64,000 nt of DNA from Candidatus Edwardsbacteria bacterium (GTDB taxonomy: Bacteria; Edwardsbacteria; AC1; EtOH8): NCBI GenBank assembly GCA_020053305.1, contig JAGVNJ010000050.1:368-64367 (forward strand), written 5' to 3'. Position numbers and translations under genes: made by a program. Numbering within the stretch: position 1 is the stretch's first letter; each line of letters begins with the position of its first letter. The notes under the pieces are model-generated. The model worked only from the letters and a program-made list of their open reading frames with translations, did no database searches and was not told the DNA's origin. Shown piece after piece: positions 23,111 through 33,468 of the stretch.

Positions 23111-24117
23111 GAACGGAACTGGCCGATCCGCGTATCAGCGTCATTATAGTAAACTGGAACGGTCTGTCCCTGCTTGAAGAATGCCTGCGATCTCTGGAAG
23201 GGCAGACATTTCGGGATTTCGAAATCATTCTGGTGGATAACGGCTCCAGCGATGGTTCGGCGGAATGGGTGCGCCGTAATTACCCTGAGGTGAGGTTGCT
23301 GGAACTGGAATCCAATACTGGCTTCAGCGCAGGGAACAACGCCGGGCTCAAGATAGCCAAAGGGGAATTCATCGCTTTGCTCAACAATGACACCAAGACC
23401 GACCCCGGCTGGCTGGAAGCCCTGGATAGCTGCATCCGATCCGATCCGAACATCGCCGCCTGTGATTCGATGATCCTCTATTACGACCAGCCACATTTAA
23501 TCTGGAGTTCCGGCGGCAGCTATACTGTGGCGGGGTCCGTTTTTGCCCGGTTAAACCGTGAACCGAATATGGGTAGTGAAAGAACACCGGTAGATGTTTT
23601 CATTGCAGTGGCCTGTGCCGCGCTTTACCGAAAAAAGGTAATTGATGAAATCGGTTTTTTTGATGAGGATTTTTTCAACGGATACGAGGACGTGGATTGG
23701 TCCTTCCGGGCCCACTTATTCGGCTATCGGATAGTCAACGAGCCCCGGGCCCGGGTCTATCACAAGGTTTCCTCCACTCAGGTGCATAACAGTCCGGAGT
23801 TCGTCTATAACGGACAACGCAATGTCAGCGCAGTTTTCATCAAGAATATGCCTCCCCCATTGCATTTTAAATATGGGCCCTTTCATTTGGCCTATACCCT
23901 GGGGAGCTGTCTCTATTTCGCCCGGACCGGCCAACTGCGGGCATTTTTGAGGGCCAAGAAGGATCTGGTCAGGATGCTTCCCGTCCTCTGGCAGAAAAGA
24001 AAAAGTATTCAGTCTAAGCGCCTCCTTGGGTCAAGGGAAGTTGACCGGTTGCTGGGAAAAAGGTGGCTGGGTGTGAAAGCCCGGAAATTCGGCAATAAAG
24101 ACCACGAGCTAAGCTAA
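23107..24117 (+). CDS. Glycosyltransferase family 2
   Basis: SVIIVNWN, VDNGSSD, LLNND, FDEDFFNGYEDVD; ATGA overlap. Confidence 0.88.
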   Translation: MRTELADPRISVIIVNWNGLSLLEECLRSLEGQTFRDFEIILVDNGSSDGSAEWVRRNYPEVRLLELESNTGFSAGNNAGLKIAKGEFIALLNNDTKTDPGWLEALDSCIRSDPNIAACDSMILYYDQPHLIWSSGGSYTVAGSVFARLNREPNMGSERTPVDVFIAVACAALYRKKVIDEIGFFDEDFFNGYEDVDWSFRAHLFGYRIVNEPRARVYHKVSSTQVHNSPEFVYNGQRNVSAVFIKNMPPPLHFKYGPFHLAYTLGSCLYFARTGQLRAFLRAKKDLVRMLPVLWQKRKSIQSKRLLGSREVDRLLGKRWLGVKARKFGNKDHELS

Positions 24118-24139
24118 AACCATTAATTAATGGATTTTA

Positions 24140-25381
24140 ATGAGACCGATCAGGGCAGTTTTCATTTGCCAGTACTATCCGCCGGAGCAGGCTCCCATCG
24201 GGGTGATGATCCGTGAACTGGCCGGGGATATGGTGAAAAACGGCCACCAGGTGACCGTGGTGACAGGTTTTCCCAACCATCCGGCAGGGATAATCTTTCC
24301 CGGTTACAGCCGAAGACTGGTCAGCGTATCTTGGGATGGCGGGGTCAAACTGATCCGGTGCTTTCTTCATATCTCGCCCCGCAAAACCATCTTCGGACGG
24401 CTGTTGAACTTCGCCAGCTTCGGGATCACCTCCTTTCTGGCGGTGCTGTTCTTGGAAAAACCTGACCTGATGCTGGTTGTGTCCCCCCCGTTGTCCAACG
24501 GCCTTACGGCCATGATGCTCAAGGGCCTTAAAGGGTGCCGCTATATATTCAACGTCCAGGACATCTATCCCGACGCCGCCGTGAGTGGGGGGGTGGTCAA
24601 GCACCGGGGACTGATTGGCCTTTTAACAAAGCTGGAGATGGCGATCTACCAAAGATCCCATAAGGTGACGGTCATCTCCGAGGGGTTCAAGGAAAATCTG
24701 ATCCTAAAGGGGATCGACCCAGCCAAGATAGACATAATCTACAACTGGATAGACGCCTCCGAGATCGGGCCCCAGCCCCGGGAAAATGATTTTTCCCTGA
24801 AGCAGGGACTGGCCGGAAAATTCGTGGTGCTGTACTCGGGGACCATCGGGGTGATATCAGGGGCGGAGATAATTATTGAGTGCGCCCTAAGGCTCAACCA
24901 CCATCCGGATATTTTATTTCTGCTGGTAGGGGAGGGCGTAGTCAAGGAGAGGATACGAAAGGCCGCCAGCCAGAAGGGCCTTAATAACATTCAATTTCTG
25001 CCTTTCCAGCCCCGGGAAATATTATCGGAGGTGCTTTCCAGCGCCGATATCACCATGGTTACCCTGGGGAAAAACAAGGGAAAAAGTTCGGTGCCCAGTA
25101 AAATACTGGGATATATGGCTGCGGCTAAGCCGGTGTTGGCCAGCCTCGATCTGGACAGCGATACCGCCAGGTTAATCGATAGGGCCCAATGCGGCATCTG
25201 TGTCTCAGCTGAAGATGCGGACAGCTTGTCCGCAGCGATCTCATCCATGTACGACGACCCGGTCCGGATCGGCAAGCTGGGGCAAAATGGGAGAGAATAC
25301 TTGCTGAAATACTGCGAACGAAAATCAGCCACCGCCCAGTACCGAAAACTGATGGAAGAATGTGTCAATCGGAAAACATGA
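24140..25381 (+). CDS. Glycosyltransferase family 4 (WcaI/WbuB-like)
   Basis: YYPPE, GFPNHP, NVQDIYPD, SVPSKILGYMAA. Confidence 0.88.
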   Translation: MRPIRAVFICQYYPPEQAPIGVMIRELAGDMVKNGHQVTVVTGFPNHPAGIIFPGYSRRLVSVSWDGGVKLIRCFLHISPRKTIFGRLLNFASFGITSFLAVLFLEKPDLMLVVSPPLSNGLTAMMLKGLKGCRYIFNVQDIYPDAAVSGGVVKHRGLIGLLTKLEMAIYQRSHKVTVISEGFKENLILKGIDPAKIDIIYNWIDASEIGPQPRENDFSLKQGLAGKFVVLYSGTIGVISGAEIIIECALRLNHHPDILFLLVGEGVVKERIRKAASQKGLNNIQFLPFQPREILSEVLSSADITMVTLGKNKGKSSVPSKILGYMAAAKPVLASLDLDSDTARLIDRAQCGICVSAEDADSLSAAISSMYDDPVRIGKLGQNGREYLLKYCERKSATAQYRKLMEECVNRKT

Positions 25382-25971
25382 TACGAAAAATGTCATTAAG
25401 GGATATTGACCCGGTGGTGCAGGCGCATCTTTTGAGTTTCCCGAAATTCTTTTTAAGCATTTTGGGCCCCAGGTTTTTGTCCCTGTACTATACGTTCCTG
25501 TGTTCGGATCCTGACGGTATCGCCCTGGTGGGACTTAACCAGACTGGTCGGATAACAGGGTTCGTGGCCGGGACCACCAACCCTAGGGGCTTTTATACCC
25601 GACTACTGAAAAAACAGTGGCTGAAATTCGCTGCAGCATCCTTTACGGCCGTGTTAAAAAAACCGTCGCTCATTCCACGACTGCTGGGAGCCTTGAACTA
25701 CCCAAAAGAAAATCCGGCTGGCCTGGATGTGGCCGGCCTATACTCGATAGGAATATTGCCCAGTGATCAGCAGCAGGGAATGGGGAGGCAGCTGGTGGCG
25801 GAGTTCCTTAAAGAAGCCCGGAATCTGGGGTGTCGGCAGGTATTTTTGACCACCGACCGGGACGATAACCAGAGAGTGAATAACTTTTATCAAAAAAATG
25901 GATTTACTGTCAAACGCCAATTTATTACACCCCAGGGGCGCCGGATGAACGAATATCGGACAGATCTATGA
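25378..25971 (+). CDS. GNAT-family N-acetyltransferase
   Basis: QQQGMGRQL acetyl-CoA loop, NNFYQKNGF. Confidence 0.8.
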   Translation: MIRKMSLRDIDPVVQAHLLSFPKFFLSILGPRFLSLYYTFLCSDPDGIALVGLNQTGRITGFVAGTTNPRGFYTRLLKKQWLKFAAASFTAVLKKPSLIPRLLGALNYPKENPAGLDVAGLYSIGILPSDQQQGMGRQLVAEFLKEARNLGCRQVFLTTDRDDNQRVNNFYQKNGFTVKRQFITPQGRRMNEYRTDL

Positions 25972-27176
25972 TGAACAAAGACAAGGCGGTAAATTTTCTG
26001 GATCAGACAACCCAACTGGCCATGGTGGGGTTCGTGGCCTCGCTTCCGGTGTCCATCGCCTTCACCCAAAGCTCGCTGTTCGTGGGCTGGGTGGCCTGGC
26101 TCTTGAAATGCCTGGTGGAAAAAAAATGGAATGGTTTCAAAACCCCGCTGGACCTAGCCGTTGGCCTGTTTTTGGTCTCGGCCCTGCTTTCGACAGCCTT
26201 TTCATTGTCCCCCGGGGAAAGTTTCATAAGTTTAAAAAAATTCTATCTGCTTTCGGCTGTTTATTTTATAGGGTTCAACGTCAAGAGCCCTGCCAGGCTG
26301 TTGGAATTGATAAAACTATTTTTGCTGATGACCGTATTAACGGGAGTATACGGCTTGGTGATGTTTGGATCCGGATACCAACCCCGGCTGCTGGCTGCCC
26401 AGGGAATGGCCATGACTTCCGGCGGGATATTCATGATGGCTGGATTGCTGGCTGTTGCATGGTGCCAATATTCATTTACATCGGTTGACAAACCAAACAG
26501 GATTTTATCTCTAATCTTCTCTGGTATGCTGTTTGTCTCCCTTATCCTAACACGAACGGTCAGTTCTTGGTTTGGGTTTATAGCCGGTGTTTCTGCATCA
26601 TTAAAAACTTGGAGAAAGCGGGCCGTCGTTTTGGGACTCGCCTTAGTAATGCTGGCTAGTGTAGTGATTGGCGTAAAAAATCTAAGATGGTCATTTATGC
26701 TATTTTACGGCAATAAATCTACTTCTTGGGATATGCGGCTGAGCATGTGGAGAATGGGGGGGGACCTAATCAAAGAGCATCCAGTATTGGGTACCGGCAT
26801 GGTGGATTTGGGCCTCCTGTTAAAAGCTAAAATGACGCCTGCCGATGAACTTGTTTGGCAAAATATTCCCATAGGCGGGCACTTGCATAACAATTTCATC
26901 CATATCGCCGTAACTAGGGGGCTTTTAGGTCTAACCGCTTTTATTTTTATATGGGTTTCTATTTTTGCAATGTTGATTAAGCTTATAAGATCAAAATCCC
27001 ATATTACAGTAATATTTGCAAGGGGGATTTTTTCAGTGGTAATCGGCTTTTTGATCAACGGGCTGGCCGAGTGGAATTTTGGTGATTCCGAAGTGGTAAC
27101 AATATTGTGGTTTGTTGCGGGGCTATCCCTGTCAATAGGGCATCTGGAGAAAATAAATGAGAATCATACTAAGTAA
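25968..27176 (+). CDS. O-antigen ligase / O-oligosaccharyltransferase family protein
   Basis: Multi-TM; RLSMW...HPVLGTG...HLHNNFIH. Confidence 0.8.
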   Translation: MMNKDKAVNFLDQTTQLAMVGFVASLPVSIAFTQSSLFVGWVAWLLKCLVEKKWNGFKTPLDLAVGLFLVSALLSTAFSLSPGESFISLKKFYLLSAVYFIGFNVKSPARLLELIKLFLLMTVLTGVYGLVMFGSGYQPRLLAAQGMAMTSGGIFMMAGLLAVAWCQYSFTSVDKPNRILSLIFSGMLFVSLILTRTVSSWFGFIAGVSASLKTWRKRAVVLGLALVMLASVVIGVKNLRWSFMLFYGNKSTSWDMRLSMWRMGGDLIKEHPVLGTGMVDLGLLLKAKMTPADELVWQNIPIGGHLHNNFIHIAVTRGLLGLTAFIFIWVSIFAMLIKLIRSKSHITVIFARGIFSVVIGFLINGLAEWNFGDSEVVTILWFVAGLSLSIGHLEKINENHTK

Positions 27177-27215
27177 GTGTAAATCATTGACTTTGCAGTC
27201 AACAATAGGTGGACA

Positions 27216-27770
27216 ATGAAAAGGATATTTGATATAATAACGTCGATAACATTGATTATCCTATTAACGCCATTTGCGATAGTAATCGCCCTTATAATTG
27301 CGTTGGAGTCACGGGGCGGTGTGTTTTTTACCCAGGATAGGGGTGGGATCAACGGTAGGGCATTTAAGATATTCAAATTCAGGACAATGATTCCAGGAGC
27401 CGAAAACAAGGGCCCTTTGCTGACGGTTAGAAATGACCCCAGAGTAACGAAAGTGGGCAGCTTTTTACGGAGGTGGAGCCTGGACGAACTGCCCCAGCTT
27501 TTTAATATTATCAAAGGGGATATGAGCTTAGTGGGACCGCGGCCGGAGATACTTCCAATAGTTAAAAATTACACCGAATGGCAAAGATTGGTTTTTCTTG
27601 TAAAACCCGGCTTGTCCGGGTTCTCACAGGTGATGGGCCGTGATGATCTGTCGATTGAAACCAAGCTGAGGCTGGATATATATTATATCCGGCATCATAG
27701 TTTCTGTTTTGATATGTGGATAATCTGGAAAACCGTGGTCATTGTCCTAACCGGGAAAGGCGCTTTTTAA
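27216..27770 (+). CDS. Small phosphoglycosyl transferase (PglC-like)
   Basis: MKRIFD, KFRTM, SLDELPQL, SLVGPRPE. Confidence 0.9.
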   Translation: MKRIFDIITSITLIILLTPFAIVIALIIALESRGGVFFTQDRGGINGRAFKIFKFRTMIPGAENKGPLLTVRNDPRVTKVGSFLRRWSLDELPQLFNIIKGDMSLVGPRPEILPIVKNYTEWQRLVFLVKPGLSGFSQVMGRDDLSIETKLRLDIYYIRHHSFCFDMWIIWKTVVIVLTGKGAF

Positions 27771-27772
27771 TA

Positions 27773-29614
27773 ATGAATCTGGTGGAGAGAAATCGTTGGT
27801 GGCTGGTTCTGGTTGACGCAATATTGATAAATATTGCGTTGTGGGGGGCATTGGCCCTACGGTTTGATTTCGCCATACCCTACAAAAGCAACTATTGGGA
27901 TATCGCCCTGTACATCACGGCCGTCCGGCTGGCCTTTCTGACATTTGCCGGTGCCTATAAAGGGGTCTGGCGTTACATCGGAATCAGCGATCTGATTGCC
28001 ATTTTCAAGGCGGTGACTTTGGGTTCGCTGGTGGTAGCGGCCACCTCGCTATTTTTGGCCCGGGAGTTGAGCTATCCCCGCAGCGTGATCATCATCGAGT
28101 GGCTGGGAGATATTATATTGATAGGGGGCTTAAGGTTCCTTGTGAGGATAGTCCATCAGCATAGCAAAATCTCCAAAACCAAAGGAGTTCCCCAGAAAAA
28201 GGTGTTGATAATCGGCGCCGGCGATGCCGGGGAGATGGTGGTCCGCCAGATGATGGCCCATCCGGAGTACGGGTATCAACCGATTGGTTTCATCGACGAC
28301 GACCCAAAGAAAAAGGGTAGAGAGATTCACCGGTTTCCGATCCTGGGCGGGAGGGCAGACATCGACCGCCTGGCGGAGGAAAATAAGATTCAGGAGATAA
28401 TAATCGCCATTCCTTCGGCGACCGGCTCGGTGGTCAGGGAGGTGATCGAGCAGTGCCATTCGGCCAGGCTGAAGTTCAAGATCGTCCCGGGGATAAAAGA
28501 GATAATCGAAGGCGGGGTCAGCATCAACCAGATCCGTGACATCGAACTTGAGGATCTCTTGCGGAGACCGTCGGTGAATATCGCGCTTGAAGAGATAGCA
28601 GGTTATCTGGCAAATAAAACCGTTATGGTCACCGGGGCCGGGGGCTCGATCGGCTCGGAGCTCTGCAGGCAGATCGTTTCCTTCAGCCCCGGGTCGCTGA
28701 TTCTGCTGGGCAAGGGCGAGAACAGCCTGTATGACATCTCCACTGAACTTTCCCGCAGCCATCCGGGACAAAAAACCGAGACCCTGATCTGCGACGTGGC
28801 TGACATCAAAAGGGTTGATCACATATTCGCCAAACATATACCCCAGGTGGTTTTTCACGCCGCGGCCCACAAACATGTTCCCATGATGGAGCATAACCCC
28901 GGCGAGGCGGTCAAGAATAACATCTTCGGCACCAAGGCGGTGGCCGAGGCGGCCCTGAAACACCGGGCTGAAAGATTCGTCATGATCTCCACCGACAAGG
29001 CGGTCAATCCCACCAGCGTGATGGGGGCCACCAAGCGCATCTCGGAAAAGGTGATAATGGCCCTGGTGGGCCGGGGCCGGACCAAATTCATGGCGGTGCG
29101 TTTCGGCAATGTTCTGGGGAGCCGCGGCAGTGTGGTCCCGCTGTTCAAAAAGCAGATTGCCGCCGGAGGGCCGGTCACGGTCACCCACCCGGATATGGAG
29201 CGTTATTTTATGACCATCCCCGAAGCAGTCCAATTGGTGATCCAGGCCGGGGCCATGGGACAGGGCGGGGAGGTGTTCGTGCTGGACATGGGCAAGCCGG
29301 TCAAGATAGTGGATCTGGCCCGGGACATGATCAAACTTTCGGGGTTCGATCCCGATTCGGAGATCAAGATCGAATTCACCGGGCTGCGGCCGGGTGAGAA
29401 GCTTTACGAAGAACTTCTGACCGCCGAGGAGGGGGTGGGAGCCACCAGGCATGCCCAGATATTCATGGTTAAGGGGAAACATGCCAGGCTAAAGGAACTG
29501 CCCCGGCTGCTGTCGCCCCTGCAGAGGACCGCAATATCCGGCGAGCCGGATGCGGTGGTGGAGGCCATCAAAAAAATATTGCCCAGCTTCAGGAATGATG
29601 AAAATGCCGGATGA
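27773..29614 (+). CDS. UDP-GlcNAc 4,6-dehydratase (PglF/CapD/WbpM family)
   Basis: 4 TM, GAGDAG, TGAGGSIGSE, HAAAHKHVP, STDKAV, RFGNVLGSRGSV. Confidence 0.93.
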   Translation: MNLVERNRWWLVLVDAILINIALWGALALRFDFAIPYKSNYWDIALYITAVRLAFLTFAGAYKGVWRYIGISDLIAIFKAVTLGSLVVAATSLFLARELSYPRSVIIIEWLGDIILIGGLRFLVRIVHQHSKISKTKGVPQKKVLIIGAGDAGEMVVRQMMAHPEYGYQPIGFIDDDPKKKGREIHRFPILGGRADIDRLAEENKIQEIIIAIPSATGSVVREVIEQCHSARLKFKIVPGIKEIIEGGVSINQIRDIELEDLLRRPSVNIALEEIAGYLANKTVMVTGAGGSIGSELCRQIVSFSPGSLILLGKGENSLYDISTELSRSHPGQKTETLICDVADIKRVDHIFAKHIPQVVFHAAAHKHVPMMEHNPGEAVKNNIFGTKAVAEAALKHRAERFVMISTDKAVNPTSVMGATKRISEKVIMALVGRGRTKFMAVRFGNVLGSRGSVVPLFKKQIAAGGPVTVTHPDMERYFMTIPEAVQLVIQAGAMGQGGEVFVLDMGKPVKIVDLARDMIKLSGFDPDSEIKIEFTGLRPGEKLYEELLTAEEGVGATRHAQIFMVKGKHARLKELPRLLSPLQRTAISGEPDAVVEAIKKILPSFRNDENAG

Positions 29615-30794
29615 CAGATATTCCAACCGGTCCCGGAGGGAAAGTATGCTGCCATTCTCCCCGCCCGATATCGGACAGGAGGAGATAGATGAGGTGGTCG
29701 ATTCCCTGCGTTCCGGCTGGATAACCACCGGTCCCAAGACCGCCAGATTTGAACAGGCGCTGAGAGAATATCTGGGTTGCGAAAATGTCATAGCTTTGAA
29801 TTCCGCCACCGCCGGACTGTTTCTGTGCCTTAAGGCTCTGGGCATCGGCCCGGGCGATGAGGTGATCACCACTCCCTACACTTTTGCCGCCACGGTCAAT
29901 ATCATTCTGCATGCCGGCGCGGTCCCGGTGCTGGTGGATGTCCGCCGTGAGGATTTCAACCTTGACCCGATCCGGGTCAAAGAGGCTGTGACCAAAAGAA
30001 CCAGGGCGGTGATCCCGGTGCATTTCGCCGGCCGAAGCTGCGATATGGACGCCATCGGTGCCATTGCCAAAAGGCATGATCTGGCTGTCATCGAGGACGC
30101 CGCCCACGCCATCGGCTCGGAATACCGGGGCCGGAAGATAGGCTCCATCAGCCGCTTCACCGTTTTCAGTTTCCATGCAGTAAAGAATCTGACCACCGGG
30201 GAGGGCGGTGCCGTAACCACCAACGACGGCGGCATGGCCGACCGGCTCCGGGCCATGGCCCTGCACGGGATGGACAAGGATGCTTGGAAAAGATTCGCCC
30301 CCGGCGGCCGGTGGCAGTATGATATCGTCACCCCGGGCTATAAATATAACATGATGGACTTACAGGCGGCCCTGGGCATCCACCAGCTGCGCAAATTGGA
30401 TGGCAATTTGATCAAGCGGAAAAATATTGTCGACCAATACCGCAATGGGCTGTCCGGAATTCCGCAGATCGCGCTGCCCGGGGATCCCGCCGACGGCCGC
30501 CATTGCTGGCACCTTTTCCCGTTGCTGATAGATTTCGCCAAACTGAAGATCGACCGGGATCGTTTCATCGAGCTGCTACAGCAGGAGAATATCAGCAGCA
30601 ATGTGCATTACCTGCCGGTGCATTTGTTCTCCTACTACCGCGAAACCCTGGGGTTCAAGCCCGGCGATCTCCCGGTGGCGGAGGATCTGTCGGCCAGGGA
30701 GATCACCCTGCCGCTGTATACCCGAATGACGCCGGGCGATGTGGGCGATGTTATTTGTGCGGTAAGAAAAATACTTTTCAATAATATAAAGTAA
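29595..30794 (+). CDS. DegT/DnrJ/EryC1/StrS sugar aminotransferase
   Basis: SGWITTGP, IEDAAHA, FSFHAVKNLTTGEGG; exact start uncertain. Confidence 0.92.
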   Translation: MMKMPDDRYSNRSRRESMLPFSPPDIGQEEIDEVVDSLRSGWITTGPKTARFEQALREYLGCENVIALNSATAGLFLCLKALGIGPGDEVITTPYTFAATVNIILHAGAVPVLVDVRREDFNLDPIRVKEAVTKRTRAVIPVHFAGRSCDMDAIGAIAKRHDLAVIEDAAHAIGSEYRGRKIGSISRFTVFSFHAVKNLTTGEGGAVTTNDGGMADRLRAMALHGMDKDAWKRFAPGGRWQYDIVTPGYKYNMMDLQAALGIHQLRKLDGNLIKRKNIVDQYRNGLSGIPQIALPGDPADGRHCWHLFPLLIDFAKLKIDRDRFIELLQQENISSNVHYLPVHLFSYYRETLGFKPGDLPVAEDLSAREITLPLYTRMTPGDVGDVICAVRKILFNNIK

Positions 30795-30805
30795 AAGGCG
30801 CTTAA

Positions 30806-31381
30806 ATGAGCGACTATTTTGTGCACGAAAGCGCATACGTAGATCAGCCGGCCGAGATCGGCAGCGGAACCAAGATCTGGCATTTTTGCCATGTGTCGAA
30901 AGGGGCCAAGATTGGTCGGGATTGTTCTCTGGGCCAGAATGTTTATGTGGGCAGTCGAGTAGAAATAGGCAATAACTGCAAGATACAGAACAATGTCTCG
31001 ATCTACGACCTGGTGACCCTGGAGGATAATGTATTCTGCGGGCCCTCCATGGTCTTTACCAATGACATGAACCCCCGGGCGGCTTTTCCCAAGGGCGGCA
31101 AATGGATTCCCACCCTGGTCAAGACCGGGGCCAGCCTGGGCGCCAACTGCACCATCGTCTGCGGCTACACCATAGGAAAACATGCCTTTGTGGCGGCCGG
31201 CTCGGTGGCCCGCTTCGATGTTCCCGATTATGCCATAGTGGCCGGGGTGCCGGCCAAAATAATCGGCTGGATGTGCGAATGCGGCGGACGGCTGGATTTC
31301 GGCAAAGCAACCGAGTGCGCCTGTGGGTCCTGCCAGAGAAAGTATCAGAAAAAAAGCGATAATTTGGTGGAAAAACTGTAA
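30806..31381 (+). CDS. Hexapeptide-repeat sugar N-acetyltransferase (WbpD-like)
   Basis: [25 protein letters not shown]-terminal CxCG/CxxC. Confidence 0.88.
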   Translation: MSDYFVHESAYVDQPAEIGSGTKIWHFCHVSKGAKIGRDCSLGQNVYVGSRVEIGNNCKIQNNVSIYDLVTLEDNVFCGPSMVFTNDMNPRAAFPKGGKWIPTLVKTGASLGANCTIVCGYTIGKHAFVAAGSVARFDVPDYAIVAGVPAKIIGWMCECGGRLDFGKATECACGSCQRKYQKKSDNLVEKL

Positions 31382-32454
31382 TGATCGATCTGGATAATAT
31401 TGACTCCCAGTTGCTGGCCAGGCTGGATCCCTATGGCATGGGAAAGATAATCGCGGATTTTCCTTCGCAATGCCGCCGGGCCGTCGAGATCGCCCGGAAT
31501 GCTGATATCAAACTGCCCCGGACCGCCTATCGTAATATCGTGATCTGCGGGATGGGCGGCTCGGCCATCGCCGGGGACATCCTGGCTTCCTGCCTGGCAG
31601 AGGTGATGCCATCGGCGATCTTTGTCCAGCGCAACTACGGCCTGCCTGGGTGGGTGGGAAAGGACGACCTGGTGATAGCCAGCAGCTATTCCGGGGAGAC
31701 CGAGGAGACTTTGTCTGATTTTGAGGAGGCCCTGAAAAGGAAATCCACCGTGGCGGCCATAACCTCCGGCGGGAAATTAAAGGAAAGGTGCCTGTCTCTG
31801 GGCCTCCCGTTCATAACCATACCCGGGGGATTGCCGCCCCGGGGCGCTTTGGGCTACTCTTTTTTCACCCTGTTGGGATTGTTCAAATCAAGCGGCCTGA
31901 TATCCGATCAGGCAGAGGCCCTGGATGAGACATTGGCTATCCTGGGAAAAATGTCCGGCGACTATTCGGCTGACAAACCCGGCAGGGAGAATAAAGCCAA
32001 GCAGATCGCCACGGATATTTACGGATATATGCCGGTGGTCTATGCCTCTGCTGACCTGCTGACTCCGGCGGCCAGGCGCTGGGCCAACCAATTGAACGAG
32101 AACGCCAAAATACTTTCCTACTGGGCGGCCATGCCGGAATTGTGCCATAACGAGATCGTGGGCTGGGAAAAGCTGCCTGATGTCGGGTCGAAGGCTAAGA
32201 TTATTTTTCTGCAGGATTCCGGCGATCATCCCAGGAACAACTTGCGTTTTGATGTATTGCAGGGTATAATTAATTCCGAATCGGCCGGAATAATTAAAAT
32301 TCAAAGCCAAGGCAGATCAAAGTTGGCCCGGATGTTCTCTTTATTGTATCTGGCTGATTACATAAGTTATTATCTGGCGCTTTTAAACGAGGTGGATCCC
32401 ATGCCGGTAAAGAGGATCGACCGGCTGAAATCGGTGCTTAAGGAAAGAAGATGA
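31381..32454 (+). CDS. Bifunctional phosphoglucose/phosphomannose isomerase
   Basis: CGMGGS, SYSGETEET, QLNENAK, PELCHNE. Confidence 0.9.
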   Translation: MIDLDNIDSQLLARLDPYGMGKIIADFPSQCRRAVEIARNADIKLPRTAYRNIVICGMGGSAIAGDILASCLAEVMPSAIFVQRNYGLPGWVGKDDLVIASSYSGETEETLSDFEEALKRKSTVAAITSGGKLKERCLSLGLPFITIPGGLPPRGALGYSFFTLLGLFKSSGLISDQAEALDETLAILGKMSGDYSADKPGRENKAKQIATDIYGYMPVVYASADLLTPAARRWANQLNENAKILSYWAAMPELCHNEIVGWEKLPDVGSKAKIIFLQDSGDHPRNNLRFDVLQGIINSESAGIIKIQSQGRSKLARMFSLLYLADYISYYLALLNEVDPMPVKRIDRLKSVLKERR

Positions 32455-33428
32455 AGGTAATAATTCCGGTGGCCGGGGCCGGGACCCGCTTGCGGCCCCA
32501 CACCCATACCACCCCCAAGGTCCTGATCTCGGTGGCGGGAAAGCCGATGATCGGCCACATACTGGACCAGTTGATCGGCCTGCCGATAGACCAGATCGTG
32601 ATGGTGGTGGGGCAGATGGGCGATCAGATAAAAGAATATGTGAGCGGCAACTATAAGTTCAAAGTAAGATACATCATCCAGCAGGAGGCCAAGGGTCTGG
32701 CCGATGCCATCTACCTTACCAGGGAGGCGGTCAAAAAGGACGACGCCCTGGTAATTCTGGGCGACACCATATTCAGCACCGATTTTAAAAAACTGCTGTC
32801 CAAAAAAAACAGCCAGATTGGGGTCAAGGAGGTCAGCGACCCCCGGCGTTTCGGGGTGGTGGAGCATCATCACGGCAAGATCACCAAACTGGTGGAGAAA
32901 CCGGAACATCCCCAGAGCAATCTGGCCATCGTCGGCATCTACCTGATGAAAGATATGCCGAGGCTGTATAGGGCCATCGGCACCCTGATGGAAAAGAACA
33001 TCAGGACCAAGGGCGAATACCAGCTGACCGACGCCCTGCAACTGCTGATAGACCGGGGGCAGACCATGGAGACCTTCGCCGTCGACGGCTGGTACGACTG
33101 CGGCAAGCCGGAGACCCTGCTGGATACCAACCGGCAGCTGCTGGACCTTTATCCCCAAAAATCCGCTAAAATAAAAGGGGCGGTGATCAACAGCCCGGTT
33201 TCCATAGACTCCTGCGCCCGGATCGAAAATTCGGTGATCGGGCCCTATGTGTCGGTGGCCGCCGGGAGCCGAATAAAGAACGCCATAATCAGCGATACCA
33301 TCATCGGCAAGAATGCATGCCTGGAATCGATCATGCTTCAAAAATCCATCATAGGCGACAACGCCGTGGTCAAGGGGAAACAGCGGAAACTGAGCGTGGG
33401 AGACGGCTCCGAAGTGGATATTTCATAA
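32451..33428 (+). CDS. Sugar-phosphate nucleotidyltransferase (long-form glucose-1-P thymidylyltransferase-like)
   Basis: AGAGTRLRPHT..PK, VEKP, GEYQLTD, WYDCG, C-terminal beta-helix. Confidence 0.88.
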   Translation: MKVIIPVAGAGTRLRPHTHTTPKVLISVAGKPMIGHILDQLIGLPIDQIVMVVGQMGDQIKEYVSGNYKFKVRYIIQQEAKGLADAIYLTREAVKKDDALVILGDTIFSTDFKKLLSKKNSQIGVKEVSDPRRFGVVEHHHGKITKLVEKPEHPQSNLAIVGIYLMKDMPRLYRAIGTLMEKNIRTKGEYQLTDALQLLIDRGQTMETFAVDGWYDCGKPETLLDTNRQLLDLYPQKSAKIKGAVINSPVSIDSCARIENSVIGPYVSVAAGSRIKNAIISDTIIGKNACLESIMLQKSIIGDNAVVKGKQRKLSVGDGSEVDIS

Positions 33429-33468
33429 ACAAGAACAAATATAAACCATAAAATCCAAGGAGTGTAAA

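Noticed and set aside
33429-33468. SAM/SAH riboswitch ahead of metK-ahcY
   Set aside because: Only 40 nt, A-rich and unstructured
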